In this document: positions 38,392 to 53,199 of the stretch, piece by piece | Numbering within the stretch: the first letter of the stretch is position 1 | Layout of the letters: the number at the start of each line of letters is the position of its first letter | Assembly (NCBI GenBank): GCA_964016885.1 | Contig: OZ024740.1 | Span: 292,330,001-292,394,000 of the forward strand | Reading direction: 5' to 3' | Source of the DNA: Eledone cirrhosa | Lineage: Eukaryota | DNA: 64,000 bases | Position numbers and translations under genes: made by a program | Notes under the pieces: model-generated | What the model saw: only the letters and a program-made list of their open reading frames with translations | Database searches by the model: none | Told to the model about the DNA's origin: nothing

Positions 38392-39662
38392 AACTAGCAT
38401 TAAAGCCCGGCGTTGCTCGGGGTCATTAAGTTACCAAAGTTAAGTTGCACCACCCATTTTATGGCAGCACTTTTTTGTCTGCCAGGCACTGGGTGAATGA
38501 ATTACAGACCTGGAAGCATGAGCTGCGCCAGCAGTGACAATTGTAGTTTCGCCTATGGATATTATCTCTGTGCAAAAAAGTGTTGAAATTTATTGTTTCA
38601 CAGTACTTGCGCAACACGCGCGTAGACGATGCCAGCCGAACAACAGAGCTGCGATGGAGTTGTTCTGCATGGTTGTCTGTGTGTTTTCTAAATTTAAGAC
38701 AGTAGGGAGGGTTGTGATATGTGGGAGAGTTAGCTGTTGTTTCTAGCAGGTTTAGTGACCTCATAGAGGATATGTTTTCTAAATTTAAGACAGTAGGGAG
38801 TGGTGTGATATGGGGGAGAGTTAGCTGCTGTTTCTAGCAGGTTTAGTGACCTCATAGAAGATATGTTTTCTAAATTTAAGACAGTAGGGAGGGGTGTGAT
38901 ATGGGGGAGAGTTAGCTGCTGTTTCTAGCAGGTTTAGTAACCTCATAGAGGATATGTGTTTTCTAAATTTAAGACAGTAGGGAGTGGTGTGATATGGGGG
39001 AGAGTTAGCTGCTGTTTCTAGCAGGTTTAGTGACCTCATAGAAGATATTATTGTTTATCATTATCTATAAAAGGCAGATTGTTGTTGTTGTTGAAGCGAG
39101 TGTGTGTTTGTATGCGTTTGGAAAAGAGGTTTTAAAAAAGATTTATCGCTTGTTGTTGAATAAATGTATCTGTTGCTTTTGCATAATTGTCGTTTCGTAT
39201 GAAATGTAATAATTGTTTCTACTTTTTTGGCACAAGGCCAGCAATTACCCAGTACATTACTGGTACTTTATGTAATAATAAACGTTCTCTATCTCTCTTC
39301 CTCTCACTCTCTTCTCTCTCTCTCTTCGGCAATCACGCACGTTGTCAGATGATATGAGAGAGTAAAACGGACAATATCACCATCAAGCTTGGAAAGAGAA
39401 AGTAGCAGAAAGTATGAAGTTGTATAGATTTTGAATGGTAGTAGAAAGAGTTCAGCAGTTTAAATGAGAGAGAAAAATCGTAAAATATTGAGTTTTATCT
39501 ATTTTTTGCGTAATTGTGGGTGAAATTGAAAAAATTAGATGTGCCAAGACGCAATCGATGCTATTTCGAATACTGAATTGTAAATTTCAATTGAAGAAAT
39601 TCTATATCGTAGATTTCTATAAGAAAGGAGCATGACCACACACTGAGCTTTATAGATTATGA
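38392..39662 (+). mobile_element. Helentron/DINE-like non-autonomous element (HINE-like)
   Basis: Starts AACTAGCATTAAAGCCCGGCGTTGCTCGGG (subterminal hairpin), ends GCTTTATAGATTATGAT, and carries an internal tandem array. Confidence 0.5.
38682..39046. repeat. Four near-identical 91-bp tandem units
   Basis: Units start at 38682, 38773, 38864 and 38957 (TGTTTTCTAAATTTAAGACAGTAGGGAG...CCTCATAGA). Confidence 0.95.
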
Positions 39663-39725
39663 TAAACAGAAAACTGTGAAGGCGGATCAACAATGTTGGT
39701 AAGTGTGCTTTGATTCTCCTCCACT

Positions 39726-39886
<161 letters not shown>

Positions 39887-40019
39887 TTAGTAAATCACTA
39901 ACACTTGTTTGCAGAATAGAGCACTCAATGAAGCATACAAATAGGTTTGTTTACTCCGGAGAAAAATTATAATTGTTTCTATTTTTGGTACAAGGCCAGC
40001 AATTATTCCAGTGTATTAC

Positions 40020-40990
<971 letters not shown>

Positions 40991-43900
40991 AGTAAAATGA
41001 CAGGAGACCAAATTGGTTGAATTTCCTTAATTATTTATTTCTGCAAACACTATGCGCATTTCAATGGCCAGGTTGCGTAAGAACCCGGTGACATCTTCAG
41101 TTGTAAATTGCATAATAGATGTATACAAATGGAATGATGGTAAACATATTCCAAGAGGCTTTAAGGAAAAAAGCAAAGAAAAAACAGAGACGACGGGGCA
41201 TATTCGTTCGTCTCTGGGTCAAAAACAAAAACACTTTTTTCTTCTCTGTTTTTTCTTTGCTTTTATCCCTTTTTTCCCGATATATCTTTAACCTGGTTTG
41301 GGAAAAAGGTTTAAATATCTCACCTTACCACATCATCTACCTCACTTTTAATAATATCCGCCGTTCCATCACACTTCTACGTTCATCAATCTTTCATATC
41401 GCAGGGTTAAGGTTAGGTGCAATAAGAAAGAAAGGAAGGAAATTTTCTAAATGTGCCAATATTTTTCACCTTCTTTGAATTAAATTAACCATACACGGAG
41501 TCCCTCAACAGGTAGCACTGCCCTTGCTGTTAACCTACTCTCGGTCAAACGAATACCCAGGGGCTTGACACAACAATGATCTGGATATTCTCAATTCGAG
41601 CGAGGTGTTGTCAGCGATATTCTGACCCAGGCAGACGCAAATAGTGACTATCAGCACCACAAAAGCTGTCTGCACTCTTGAGGCTGTAGCGTTTAACACT
41701 AACATTCCGCAAGACTAGAGCCGCCTGTTTTATTTCGCAACTCTCGCGCTCAGGATGTCGGTAGTTAAGGTGAACTCGGTTTCCTCTCTTGCTTAGAGAC
41801 TCAGAGACAACATCGCTTCCTTCTGCCACCTTTCTTCAACTAGCCTCACTGTTCAATGTAGCTGCCATCCGCATTGACATCGGACATCTAGTTCACGGCG
41901 GATAACACGAAACATGTCTCTAACCAAGTCAATAACAAATTAATTCAGAGTGACTTTTCTGGTACGGTGTCTGTCCAGGCCACACCGGAGGTCCTTGCCA
42001 CATTCTGCTGGTCGATATTAAGGACACCTAAGCTTCTGCTATGGGTATCTCCTTGTCAGCAATGCAACAGGATGTGATAGCTGCTCTGAGATTTTTTCCA
42101 GGCAATAGCAGTGGCGAGGTGGAGGGCCTGCGGTTCGGTCAACTATGAGACCTAATTTTGCTACATCCTGCTTAAGCCGGAATATTTCTGCTTTAGTCGA
42201 TTACTTCTAGAACGAACAGTTTCCTCGGAGATCTCCCTACACACACACCATCATCGTCGTCAAATTAGTAAGCTTTTATCTAGCTTAACGTGAAGTAACA
42301 ATTATTAATATTTTTGTGCTGTTTTGAAATACAAATACCATCTTTAGAGATAAAAAGTGTTTTAATTTACATTAGCAAGGGTGGTGGAAGAATTGATAGA
42401 ACGTCGGATAACACATTCTGAATTCAAATCCCGTCGAGGTCAACTTTATCTTTCACCTCTCCGCGGTCGATATACCGGTCAAAAACACTAGGGTTGATTT
42501 AATCAATTCTGCCCTTCCCAAATTTGCTGACGATGAATAATGAACCTCTGTCGGTCTCGACGATGACTGTTCCAGTTGTTCGATCAACGGAACAGCTTGC
42601 TCATGAAATTAACTTGTGACTGAGCATTTTATAGACACGTGTATCGTTAACGTAGTTCTCAGGGAGATTCAACCTGACACAGTAACAACTGCACTATATT
42701 TTTATTGGTTTGATCTCTAATTGGGACCAGGTGTTTATTCTTGGATATGCACATTATATCTGGCTGGTTTCAAATTCGGACCCTTTATTTCTAAGCAGTA
42801 AATATTAAATCCTTTTTCGTATGAGCTTAATAGTCTGTAAACTTGAACGAAAAACATAAAAAAATATTCGGAAAGTGAAATGCATTTCTATATAAATAAA
42901 AGCAATTGAAAAATTCCATAACTCAATCATCCCTATCCTAATAGTACAAATCCGGACAATGTGGGGTAACGTTCTTTGACGACTAGAACACCAGGTGGAA
43001 GCCGCCTCGTGGTCTCAGCAGGCAGAATGGAGAAAGCGTTATCGAGGGAGATGCGTTAAAATAGTTATTCCAACTCACAGGACTCACTCCTGTAGGTGGC
43101 CAGCTCTGCCCTGATAGCAGGGAGTAAGGAGATGGTACGGGTTCAAGAACGCCGGAAGTCTCCACCACTATAGGTTCAATGATTCTCAATTACATTCTAC
43201 TTATAGCAAGTAGAAAATTGAGCAGTGATATTATCACTCAGGGGAAGTGTGTTGCCTTAGAAGGAGACAGATTCTAACCACACATCTAAAATATGTTTCC
43301 ACATGGAAAGTAAATGAAGAGAAAAATGAAGTTGAAACTGTATATATCTCAGCTCCTCATCTTTCCCAGACAAGCAAACATTGAAGAAATAGTTCTTTCA
43401 AGATTTACTTACATAACTGACAAATCTTAAGTTTGGTTTTAGCCATGGACAAATCCATGATAAAAAAATCCATTCCAACTGTGAACATCTCGCTTATATT
43501 TTCAGGCATAGTATATTTAGAGTGATATAATCCGATGTATAATTGGGGCAAATCTCGTTGCTATTTCTAGCAGGCCGAGCAATTCTATAAAAAATCCCGC
43601 TTTGGCTTGATTTGTTGTTGTTTAATCCTAAACCAGCTCTAATTAAGATGAACAGAGGCATTCTACGTATGACAATCCCGTCTTTCGTGGAGTATTTTGT
43701 TGGACTGCACTGTCTTATGTGCCCAGTCTTTGTATAAGAGGGAGGATGCGATTTGATCGCCATTTAGCTGCTATTTCTGGGAGATTGAGTGACCATATAG
43801 AAGCTCCCTAATTGTTTGGTGTTTGCGATATAAAAAGTATTGCTTTTAAAACAAGAATTCTAGTGGCGTCATATCTTGAATCCCATCTAACTAAATAGAC

Positions 43901-44734
43901 ACTTCCCGAAGTTTTTCTTGTTTTTTCCTTATACTCATTTCTTCTTCGTCCACTTATTCGTGAGAGGGTCGTAGTGGCAGTCCTCAAACACTCCTTCAAG
44001 CGGGTCCTGTCAGAAGCAACCGTCTCCAATTGAGCCGGCTGGATTCCCAAGCGAGATCAGTCAAGCTCATGGGTGTTATCCAACCATCTTGCTCGGGGTC
44101 TACCCCTGCTGGTTGGTTTTGCCCGTAAAAATATGTCCAGCAAATCTTTCTTGAAACATTCTAACCACATGCCCATAGTATCGGAGCTGTGATCTCTCAA
44201 TTCGGAGAAGTAGCGGCTTTATTTAATAAATACTTTCTTATATTGTTATGATGCACCGATAGAGATTTTCCCAACTTAAGAATTTGTCCAATTTATCACT
44301 TTGTAGATGACATTACCGAACAACAAAGAATAAACCAGGAGAAATTGCTAATTAACAAATATATACCATGTTTTAATGTTTAGGTATAATATTCTACCAA
44401 CAAACTCACGTATCAAGTCACATGACTGCTGTTAAGATTCTTAAGTTTTAAAATTTAATATCAACACTAGCGTTCCATCATAGCGTTCCACCATAGCTTT
44501 CTAGAATAAAGTCAAAAAGGAAATTACATTTATTTACAGTAAAATCTTATAAATAGCCAGACGCAGAAAACCGGTTAAAGTAATTACATTTGATGATAAA
44601 AGGTAATTATGGTATCATAATATTATTAGAAACTGTATAATATAAGATATACTGATTTTTTACTTTAATATATCTATATTATATAACTTGTGTGGACAGA
44701 CATTACCTCTCTCTCTCTCTATATATATATTACA

Positions 44735-44873
44735 TAGTGTAAGCAGAATCGAAGTCAGAGTTGCAGCATATGTACAAACTTTATTAGCATAGTACAATTG
44801 TTTCGATATCAATTGTAATATGCCAAAGTTTGTACATGTGCTGCAACACTGACTTCCATTCCGCTTACTCTAT
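44735..44873. repeat. Inverted repeat with ~48-bp arms
   Basis: ATAGTGTAAGCAGAAT...TGTACAAACTTT versus AAAGTTTGTACA...ATTCCGCTTACTCTAT. Confidence 0.7.
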
Positions 44874-46247
44874 TTATATTCTGCACAACACAGCCGCGAG
44901 ACAGACCTCGTAACACAATTGAATGCTTCGAACAGCGCGCCGCCTGTAACTCTAATTACACACCTAACTAACATATATTTGATATATACATAGTTTATTC
45001 TGTAAGATTTTTGACACAGGTGCTATGTTATCGGCGAATCTAAAGTGTTTGAGAAATTTGCTATCGATTGTAATACTTATTTCGTCTTCATCCCAGTGAG
45101 GTTTTGAAAACTTCTAGGCAGGTTGTAAAACGTATTGGCGGGCTAAAATCTCTTTACGTTACACCATATTAGAGCGAAAATTAGCCCGATGAAGTCGCAG
45201 TGTGATGTGTTTTTTGCCTTTCATCCTTTCGAAGTCGATAAAAAAGTGTCAGTCTAGTACTGGGGTCGATTCTTCCTCTGTATATCTTTCTCACTTCCAT
45301 TGTCTCACTCTCTCTATCCTTCTATGAAAGAAATCTGCTATATTCAGACCTGGTGAGGAGATGGGATCCGCTAGGTTTAGAAATGCCCAAGAAATGCCAT
45401 TTGTCAACACGGGGCCTCTACAACTCCCTCAGAAGTTACAGGACCATACATGCATGTATGTGTATGCTGGTGTAACATCTTGGTTTGTTATAGTTGTTAT
45501 CACTAATAGTATTTTTACAGCGTCAAATGATTTTTAGTAGTACACAAATGCTAAGCAGAATGGGATGTTATAGTTTATTGATATTTCGATTAATTAGTTT
45601 AAGTATTGAGGTTCCTTCAATAAACATATTTATAGGTACCATTTTTTAAATTTCAAGAATTACCTCCATCTCTCTCGCCCTCCCCATCTCTCTGTATGGT
45701 GAGAAAATGGGGTCCCACGTGCTGGCTTCCCCACAGCCCCGGCGGACAGAATGGAGAAGGCGTTTACCCGGAGGATGGTAAGGGAGATGCGATGGAAGAG
45801 CCATTCCATCTCGTTTAAGTATTATACCTGGAGAAAACAAAAAAAAAAACAAGAACAACAATAAAAAAACACTTGAAATACATTTGTTTGGCAGTTCTGT
45901 TTATTAGCATTTGCGAAAAGCTGGCAATATGTCTCTTAGAAAGGTTTTTACTTCGTTGTTACTTAAACTTTCAATGTCGTTACTTATCGCTACATTGTTA
46001 CTGAGCAACAATGTGTTTGTTGCTCAGTTAGTTGCAGTGTTATTTCAGTTTGGAAATAATCAATTGGATTCCTAATTGTTTGTTCTTGGGATAAAATAAT
46101 TTCTCTCTTTTGGATTTTCTTTTTTTAACATGTCTCGTACGAACCTATGACTAAGTTATTTGTATTGTTGAAAGTTTCGTAGTTTGGACTTTTCAAGATT
46201 CATTTTTCGTATTTCTTCTTCTAAAATTGGCATTGAAAAATGTTCTG

Positions 46248-46545
46248 GGCGATATCCAATTTTAGGGGCTTATTTGCTGCTGATGCTGCTTACGTGCTGT
46301 AGTTGCTGCTTACTTGGTGGCTTACTGCTGTTGCTAGCTACTGCTGACTTGCTGCTATTGTTGCTTAACTTGTGCTACTTACCTGCTTCACTGTATGAGG
46401 CTATTCCAACAAATTTACATTCCCTTTTTTTTTTAGCCGTTAAAAGAAATATAGATTTATTTATTTGCAACGTTTTTGTTAGTTTCTTGGTTTTGTTTTT
46501 TTTTGCGATTTATTTGCCACTGGGGCATAGATTTCTTTATTTGGC

Positions 46546-46580
<35 letters not shown>

Positions 46581-46690
46581 GATTTATTTGCCACTGGGGC
46601 ATAGATTTCTTTATTTGGCCAGGTTTTTTTTTTTTTTTTTTTTTTTTTTGCGATTTATTTGCCACTGGGGCATAGATTTCTTTATTTGGC

Positions 46691-46722
<32 letters not shown>

Positions 46723-46763
46723 GCGATTTATTTGCCACTGGGGCATAGATTTCTTTATTTGGC

Positions 46764-46798
<35 letters not shown>

Positions 46799-46837
46799 GA
46801 TTTATTTGCCACTGGGGCATAGATTTCTTTATTTGGC

Positions 46838-46868
<31 letters not shown>

Positions 46869-47032
46869 GCGATTTATTTGCCACTGGGGCATAGATTTCT
46901 TTATTTGGCCAGGTTTTTTTTTTTTTTTTTGCGATTTATTTGCCACTGGGGCATAGATTTCTTTATTTGGCCAGGTTTTTTTTTTTTTTTTGCGATTTAT
47001 TTGCCACTGGGGCATAGATTTCTTTATTTGGC

Positions 47033-47070
<38 letters not shown>

Positions 47071-47339
47071 GATTTATTTGCCACTGGGGCATAGATTTCT
47101 TTATTTGCCAGGTTTTTGTTTGTTTGTTTGTGGCAAATAAAGAAATCTATGCCCCAGTGGCAAATAAATCGCAAAAACAAAACAAAACCAAGAAACTAAC
47201 AAAAACGTTGCAAATAAATAAATCTATATTTCTTTTAACGGCTAAAAAAAAGGGAATGTAAATTTGTTGGAATAGCCTCATACAGTGAAGCACGTAAGCA
47301 GCATCAGCAGCAAATAAGCCCGTAAAATTGGATATCGCC
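46248..47339. mobile_element. Fold-back DNA transposon (Merlin-like termini), copy 1
   Basis: Termini GGCGATATCCAATTTT / AAAATTGGATATCGCC, perfect TSD ATGTTCTG (46240-46247, 47340-47347), arms of ~200 bp. Confidence 0.88.
46505..47112. repeat. Nine ~45-bp units separated by variable poly(T)
   Basis: GCGATTTATTTGCCACTGGGGCATAGATTTCTTTATTTGGCCAGG(T)n at ~46505, 46579, 46650, 46723, 46797, 46869, 46931, 46992 and 47069. Confidence 0.95.
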
Positions 47340-48799
47340 ATGTTCTGAAGTATGAAATTCCTGGCCCTTGAGTCACAGACGTCGCTTCATGGCTATAATA
47401 AAGTATGTGTCCATATATGTGAACACAAAATAGTTAAGGAGTTCGCTTCGCGATCATGAAGGCCCTGGTTCTATTCCTCAATACGAAAAATTGAGTGTTA
47501 CCCTAGTCTCGGGTCGACCGAAGCCTTGTAAGTGAAACTGTGTGGAAGCCTGTCGGACGGACTGTACCTGTAATTCAAACGGTCAGCCATGTTACACATG
47601 CCCCTTGTCACACTGAATCTCTTGGGAATGTACGTTAAGATTACATGTGTCGTGGAATGCTAAGCCACCTACAAGTTAATTTCATGAGCTGATTGTTTCG
47701 TTGATCGAACAACTGGAAACCGATGGAGGTCCATTCCATCCATGCCCTCCCCCCTCTACACTCACCCTTACTCACCTCACACAGATATCCCCACCCCACA
47801 CACACCCCATCGCTCCTCACACTCACACATGCCCCTTTCCCACCTCACACACACACACACTCTCTCTCTCACACACACACACTCTCTCTCTCTCACACAC
47901 ATACCTCCCACACACACTCACATACTATATATAAATGTTGACCGTTCTTTTGTTAATGGTTTATTACTATTTTGTGGTTATTTCATTGTTTTGTTCTTTG
48001 ACACTGAATTCTATTTTAGTAGCGTGTTGGGTGTTGGTTTGGATTATTATGATTAAGGTTGGGCGGTGGATTGGCAGTATCGATAGAGGGTGGGACGCCA
48101 TGCTTTGCAGCACAGAGTTACGGCGCTTTATGATCTGAGTTCAAATCCCGCCGAGGTTAACTTTGTCTTTCATCCTTACTGGGTCGATAAAATAAAGTAC
48201 CAGTCACGCACTGGGGTCGATTTAATCGACTTTCCCCTCTCCCCAAATTGCTGGCATTATTATGATTGAGGTTGTCCAAAGTTTTGATGAGATGAACTAT
48301 TTTTGGTTTATGATTGTGGTTAATATATTTTAATGATGCCTCATGGCGCACGCTTTCTGGTGTGTTCACAATTATTTTGTTAAATGTATGTACTGCACCG
48401 ATACTATGGGCATGTGGTTAGAATGTCCCAGGAAAGAATCACTGGACAGATTTTACGGGCGAAACCAACAGGTAGGAGACTCAGGGGTAAACCCCGAGCA
48501 AGATGGTTGGAAAACATCCATGAGCTTGGCTGGTCATGCTTGGGGATCCAGTCGGATCAATTGGAGATGGTTGCTTCAGACAGGAGCTGTAGGAGGGAGT
48601 GTTTGAGGACTCTTCCCCCACGACCTCCTCTGAAGTAAGTGGACGACGAAAAGAAGTAGTATGTACTACACTGTCTATGTAGGTGATTGTCGGAGCAGTA
48701 ATTATTTTAGCATGCCATTCACCTCTGCTTGTGTCGTTCTAAATTTAATTGTGTAGTAAGTTTATATTTTATATCAAATACTATATGCACTTACATGGT

Positions 48800-48991
48800 A
48801 AATCATCATCATCATCGTTTAACGTCGATCTTCCACGCTAGCATAGGTTAGACGGTTTTGTCGCACTTGAGGCGAGATTGGTCGGGAGATCGTGTCTCGC
48901 TTGTACAGAACTGTTTCTGGCTGGATGCCCTTCCTAACACCAACCACATTTACAGTGTGAACTGGGAGCCTTTTTACCGTGTCTTTTACAC
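48800..48991 (-). mobile_element. RTE 3' UTR/tail fragment, continuing at 52667-52735 after the hAT
   Basis: (CAT)n tail and GGCTGGATGCCCTTCCTAACACCAACC, as in 10690-10712. Confidence 0.75.
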
Positions 48992-50059
48992 CAGTGGTCG
49001 CCAACATGGGTTCCGCAAAACAAACTCCGGGTTCCTTAAAATATAAATATTTACATTACCATTAATATTTTAGGTTTTCTGAAAAAGGTGCAAAGAAAAT
49101 GCCAAAGGTGCAATGTATAAATGAACAAGTACTATTGTAGTGTACATAGGTTCTCCACTCCAATTCGTGGAAAACACTACTTTCAATTTCTCACTTGAAT
49201 TAGCAGAAAAACACTGTTCTGAGATTCGTGGAAATTGAATACTTTCAATTTCACATCAATTCTTGGAAAGACATAGTTTTCTGAATTCCGAGAATTTGAC
49301 TACTACTGATAATACACTAATTGAACTTAGAAATTGACCAATCACGAACAAGTAAATGTTGGTCGATGACAGCATAACTTTAAACTGAAAACTTCAGTTC
49401 AGCGAGGTCTCTCAGCCCAGAAGCAGGGTCAGTTCGCTGTTCTCACAACGTAAGTTCAGTAGAATGTTTTCAATAGAGAACACGTTTTAATCTGCTGCCC
49501 TCACAAAAGCTTTAAAGTCGTCTAAAGTTTCCTCACTGAGTGAACTCGCTTACTAGTCGTTTTCAACATGCATCCAGTTCCACAGACAATTCTAAATAAG
49601 AACACGTTACATTCTGTTGTACTTTGCACAGAAAATATAACGCCTGTAAAGGTAATTTTGTATTCCATGCATACACTATAAACTTTGCCACACAATTATG
49701 TATTCATTTGATGAAATATATTTACATTACCAATAATATATAATACGACCCTAAAGTAGTATATGCAGGAAGTGCTGGACTCTGAAAAAAATTTCTTCTA
49801 GTTGTTCATAAATTTGCACCTTTTTCAGTAACCCCTAATATTTTAATATTATTATAAGACTTTAAATAATATGTTTGCCATCCTAAAATGGAGAAATTTC
49901 AATTTTTAAAAATTAAAATTTTTTTTTAACTAGTTAAGTTTTTCCAAATATCTAAAATTAAAGTTAATTTAAGAACTTTTTGTAATTAAAAAAACTGTTA
50001 ATTTCTCTTGTTTATTAATGACATATTAAAAATGTTAACTGTAGATAAATAACATTGAT

Positions 50060-52546
50060 ATGATGTCTACTGCAAAGAAGCTGAAGTTAGATATCAGCAG
50101 TAAGGTTAGACAGTGGTGTGATGATTATGTTAGATATAGATTTCAAAAAGCTGACACTAAAAAAGATACACCAGATCAGCCCATGTGTTTGCTATGTTCA
50201 AAAGTTCTATCAAATAGCTGTTTAAATCCTGCTAAACTTAAAAGACACCTTGATACTAATCACACCAATGATAAAAACAAGTCACTGGAATACTTTACTT
50301 CGCTGAAAAACAACATAAAAAAATCACAAGCTAATATGTATGACTTGTTTTGTAAAAAGTCAGATAGAAATAAAGCTTTAACAAGAACATCTTTTGAGAT
50401 TTCACATTTGATTGGTAAAAACAAGAAACCATTTACATTAGAACAGTTAATTCTGCCAAGTATAAAAATTGCTACAAAGAATCTTTTTGAAAGCTGCAGT
50501 ATTAAGGACAAAGAAAAATTAAGCCAGTTACCATTGTCAGCAAATACCGTAAAAAGAGGGATAATTGATATTTCTTCTGATATAGAAAATCAGATACTAA
50601 CTGCACTAAAGAAAAGCCCATGTTTTGGACTGGAAGTGGACGAAACTACGGATATTAATAACAAGGCTCAATTAATTTGCTATGTACGGTTTGTAGACCT
50701 TGATAAAAAAGAATTAGTAGAAGAGTATTTGTTTTGGGCGATATCCAATTTTAGCGGCCTAAATGCCGCTTACTTGCTGTAGTTGCTGCTTACTTCAATG
50801 TATGAGGCTATTCCAACAAATTTACATTGCCCTTTTTTTAGCAAATGGTCCTCTTCTTCCGATACCACTTCGAAAGAAGGATCAAGGTGGAGAAAAAGGC
50901 ACTCAGTCCCAGCCAATTCCATGAAAGATGGGTGAAAGTAGCAATAATGGCCCGTGTAAGTGGGCCATCTCTCTATATCGGCTTGTACAGGTAAGAGAAG
51001 AAGGGAGCACCCCCTCTCTCTGTGCTCCCTGGCAGAAAGGTCGCACACTTTCTACGGGGGTGTGTGTGACCCCAAAAGGCTAATAAATCGCAAAAAAACA
51101 AACCAACCAACAAACAAACAAAAAAGGGGCAAATAAAGAAATTTATGCCCCAGTGGCAAATAAATCGCAAAAAAAAAAACAATAAATAAATCTATATTTC
51201 TTTTAACGGCTAAAAAAAGGGGAATGTAAATTTGTTGGAATAGCCTCATACATTGAAGTAAGCAGCAACTACATCAAGTAAGCGGCATTTAGGCCGCTAA
51301 AATTGGATATCGCCTTGTTTTGTCTGGCATTAGACATCACAACTAAAGGTCAAGATATATTCAATAAAATTGAAAAGTATTTTTTAAAAAATGGTGTATC
51401 TTGGAGCAAGTTGACTTCAATAACAACAGATGGAGCAGCTGCAATGACTGGTAAAAATTCTGGTTTGATTGCAAAAATTAAAGAACAGACCCCAAATTGT
51501 ATTTCAAATAATTGTATGATTCATCGAGAGGTTTTGTGTTAAAAAAAATTCAAAGACAGAGATGCTCAAATATTAAATGACCAGCTGAAAGACATTGTCA
51601 AAATTATCAATTTGATCCATGCAAGAGCAAAAAATTCTAGAATGTTTGAATCTATTTGTGAATCTTCTGGAAGTAATTATAATAGATTGTTATTGAACAA
51701 TGATGTGCGTTGGCTGTCAATTGGGGATGCTATGAAGAGAGTTTTTGAACTGAGAGAAGAAATAATAGTTTTTCTAAAAAAACAGAATGATGAAAGAGCA
51801 AGTGTATTAGAAACCAATGAATGGAATGTGCAACTCGCTTATTTAGTAGACATTTTTGGTGAACTGAACAAACTAAATAAGTGTCTTCAGGGTAACAATG
51901 CAGATATTTTTACTTCAATCAATTTTATTACATATTTTCAATCAAAATTAAACATCTTTATAAAAAGAATTGAATCGGACAATTACTTTCAAACCTTGAA
52001 ATAGAGCTTAAGAAGAGAGAAAATTTTGACTCCAGCAATCTAAAGAAGATTATTCTTTCTCATTTAAATGTGCTTTCCACAGGTTTTTCAGATTATTTTG
52101 ATGGAAAAAGATATTGTTAGCGGAAATTTATGGATAAAAAACCCGTTCACCGAGATCGAGCAGTTAGTGTCAGAAAATGACGCTGGAAATTGTAAAAATT
52201 TACTACCTGCTTACATCAGTTGATGGATTTGAATTCAAACGAAGACCTGAAAGTGATATTCGAAAGCAGAAAGAAAGAACTATGGATCGACTTATTCTTG
52301 ATTGGGGAGTTTAATGAAATCAGCCAACTTGCATTGAAGTATTTGACTTTATTCCCATCTAGCTATTTGTGCGAAAAAGGGTTTTCGCAGTTGGTGGAAA
52401 TCTGCACAAAGAAGAGGAATAAACTGTCAGCAATTGACGAGTGTATGAAACTGGCATTAACTAGTGTTGAACCTCGATTTTCTAAACTCACTGATGAGGC
52501 GCAGCAGCAGAAAAGCCATTGTGTTCGATTACATACACACGCATGA
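50060..52546 (+). pseudogene. hAT transposase (BED finger, DDE core, dimerisation domain), disrupted by insertion, stops and frameshifts
   Basis: PMCLLCSKVL...LKRHLDTNH, LEVDETTD, ITTDGAAAMTG, CMIHRE, VRWLS, SSYLCEKGFS. Removing 50737-51322 restores EEYLFCLALD. Confidence 0.92.
50737..51314. mobile_element. Fold-back transposon copy 2, carrying a Tx1 3' fragment
   Basis: Same termini, ~100-bp near-perfect TIRs, perfect TSD TTGTTTTG (50729-50736, 51315-51322). Interior encodes FRYHFERRIKVEKKALSPSQFHERWVKVAIMARVSGPSLYIGL. Confidence 0.92.
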
Positions 52547-53199
52547 AACACTAAAATAAATAAATACTTTATTATTTTTTTTGAAAAGTTTTGTATTGTA
52601 TAGGTTCCGTGAAGAATTCAAAATATTTAGAGGGTTTCTCGGTTTTAGAAAGGTTGGCGACCACTGTCTTACACGACCACTTTACAGTGTAGACTGTGTG
52701 CTTTTTGTCGTGTCACCTACACGACCACTTTACAGTGGTAAATGATATTCAAAATACTTAAAACACTCATAAAATGTTAAGAAAAACCATTACAAATGCT
52801 TCTCAGATTCAAAGAATATCAATCACTGGATCATGGCGGCTGTCTGAAAGATTTGTGCAATTGAAGATAAAAATAAGAAAAACTTTTTTTGCAGGTATCG
52901 GTTACGTGTTAGCGCCTTGGCAGTATCGGTAGAAGGTAGAACGCCATACTTTGCAGCATAGAGTTACGGCCTTTTACAGTCTGAGTTCAAATCCCGCCGA
53001 GGTTAAATTTGCTTTTCGTCCTTACGGCGTCGATAAAATAAAGCACCAGTATTGCACTAGGATAATTGATGCCCTTGTGCCAAAAATAGAAACAATTATT
53101 AAAGGTAGTTTCTTCGGTGCACAGTGTTTTAATCCCTTAGCTGATGTCTTTGGATATGTATATTTGATGACGCTAGATTGGTTGCTAAATTGCGATGAA

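Larger units (their letters stand above)
48992..52666 (+). mobile_element. Full-length hAT transposon (Buster/Charlie group), inactivated
   Basis: TIRs CAGTGGTCGCCAAC / GTTGGCGACCACTG. TSD TTTTACAC / TCTTACAC (nnnTAnnn). Confidence 0.92.

Noticed and set aside
38682-39046. CRISPR array
   Set aside because: Head-to-tail 91-bp units with no unique spacers.
45350-45455. Plus-strand exon (TTCAG|ACC...AT|GTATGT)
   Set aside because: Isolated, with no recognisable product or compatible neighbours.
46505-47112. CRISPR-like repeat-spacer array
   Set aside because: The spacers are just poly(T), there are no cas genes, and the array lies inside a eukaryotic TIR element.
46184-47341. Poly-Phe and poly-Lys ORFs
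   Set aside because: Translations of the T/A-run tandem array.
50060-50782. Domesticated ZBED/SCAND3-type gene
   Set aside because: It retains TIRs and TSD and is broken by an insertion, stops and frameshifts.
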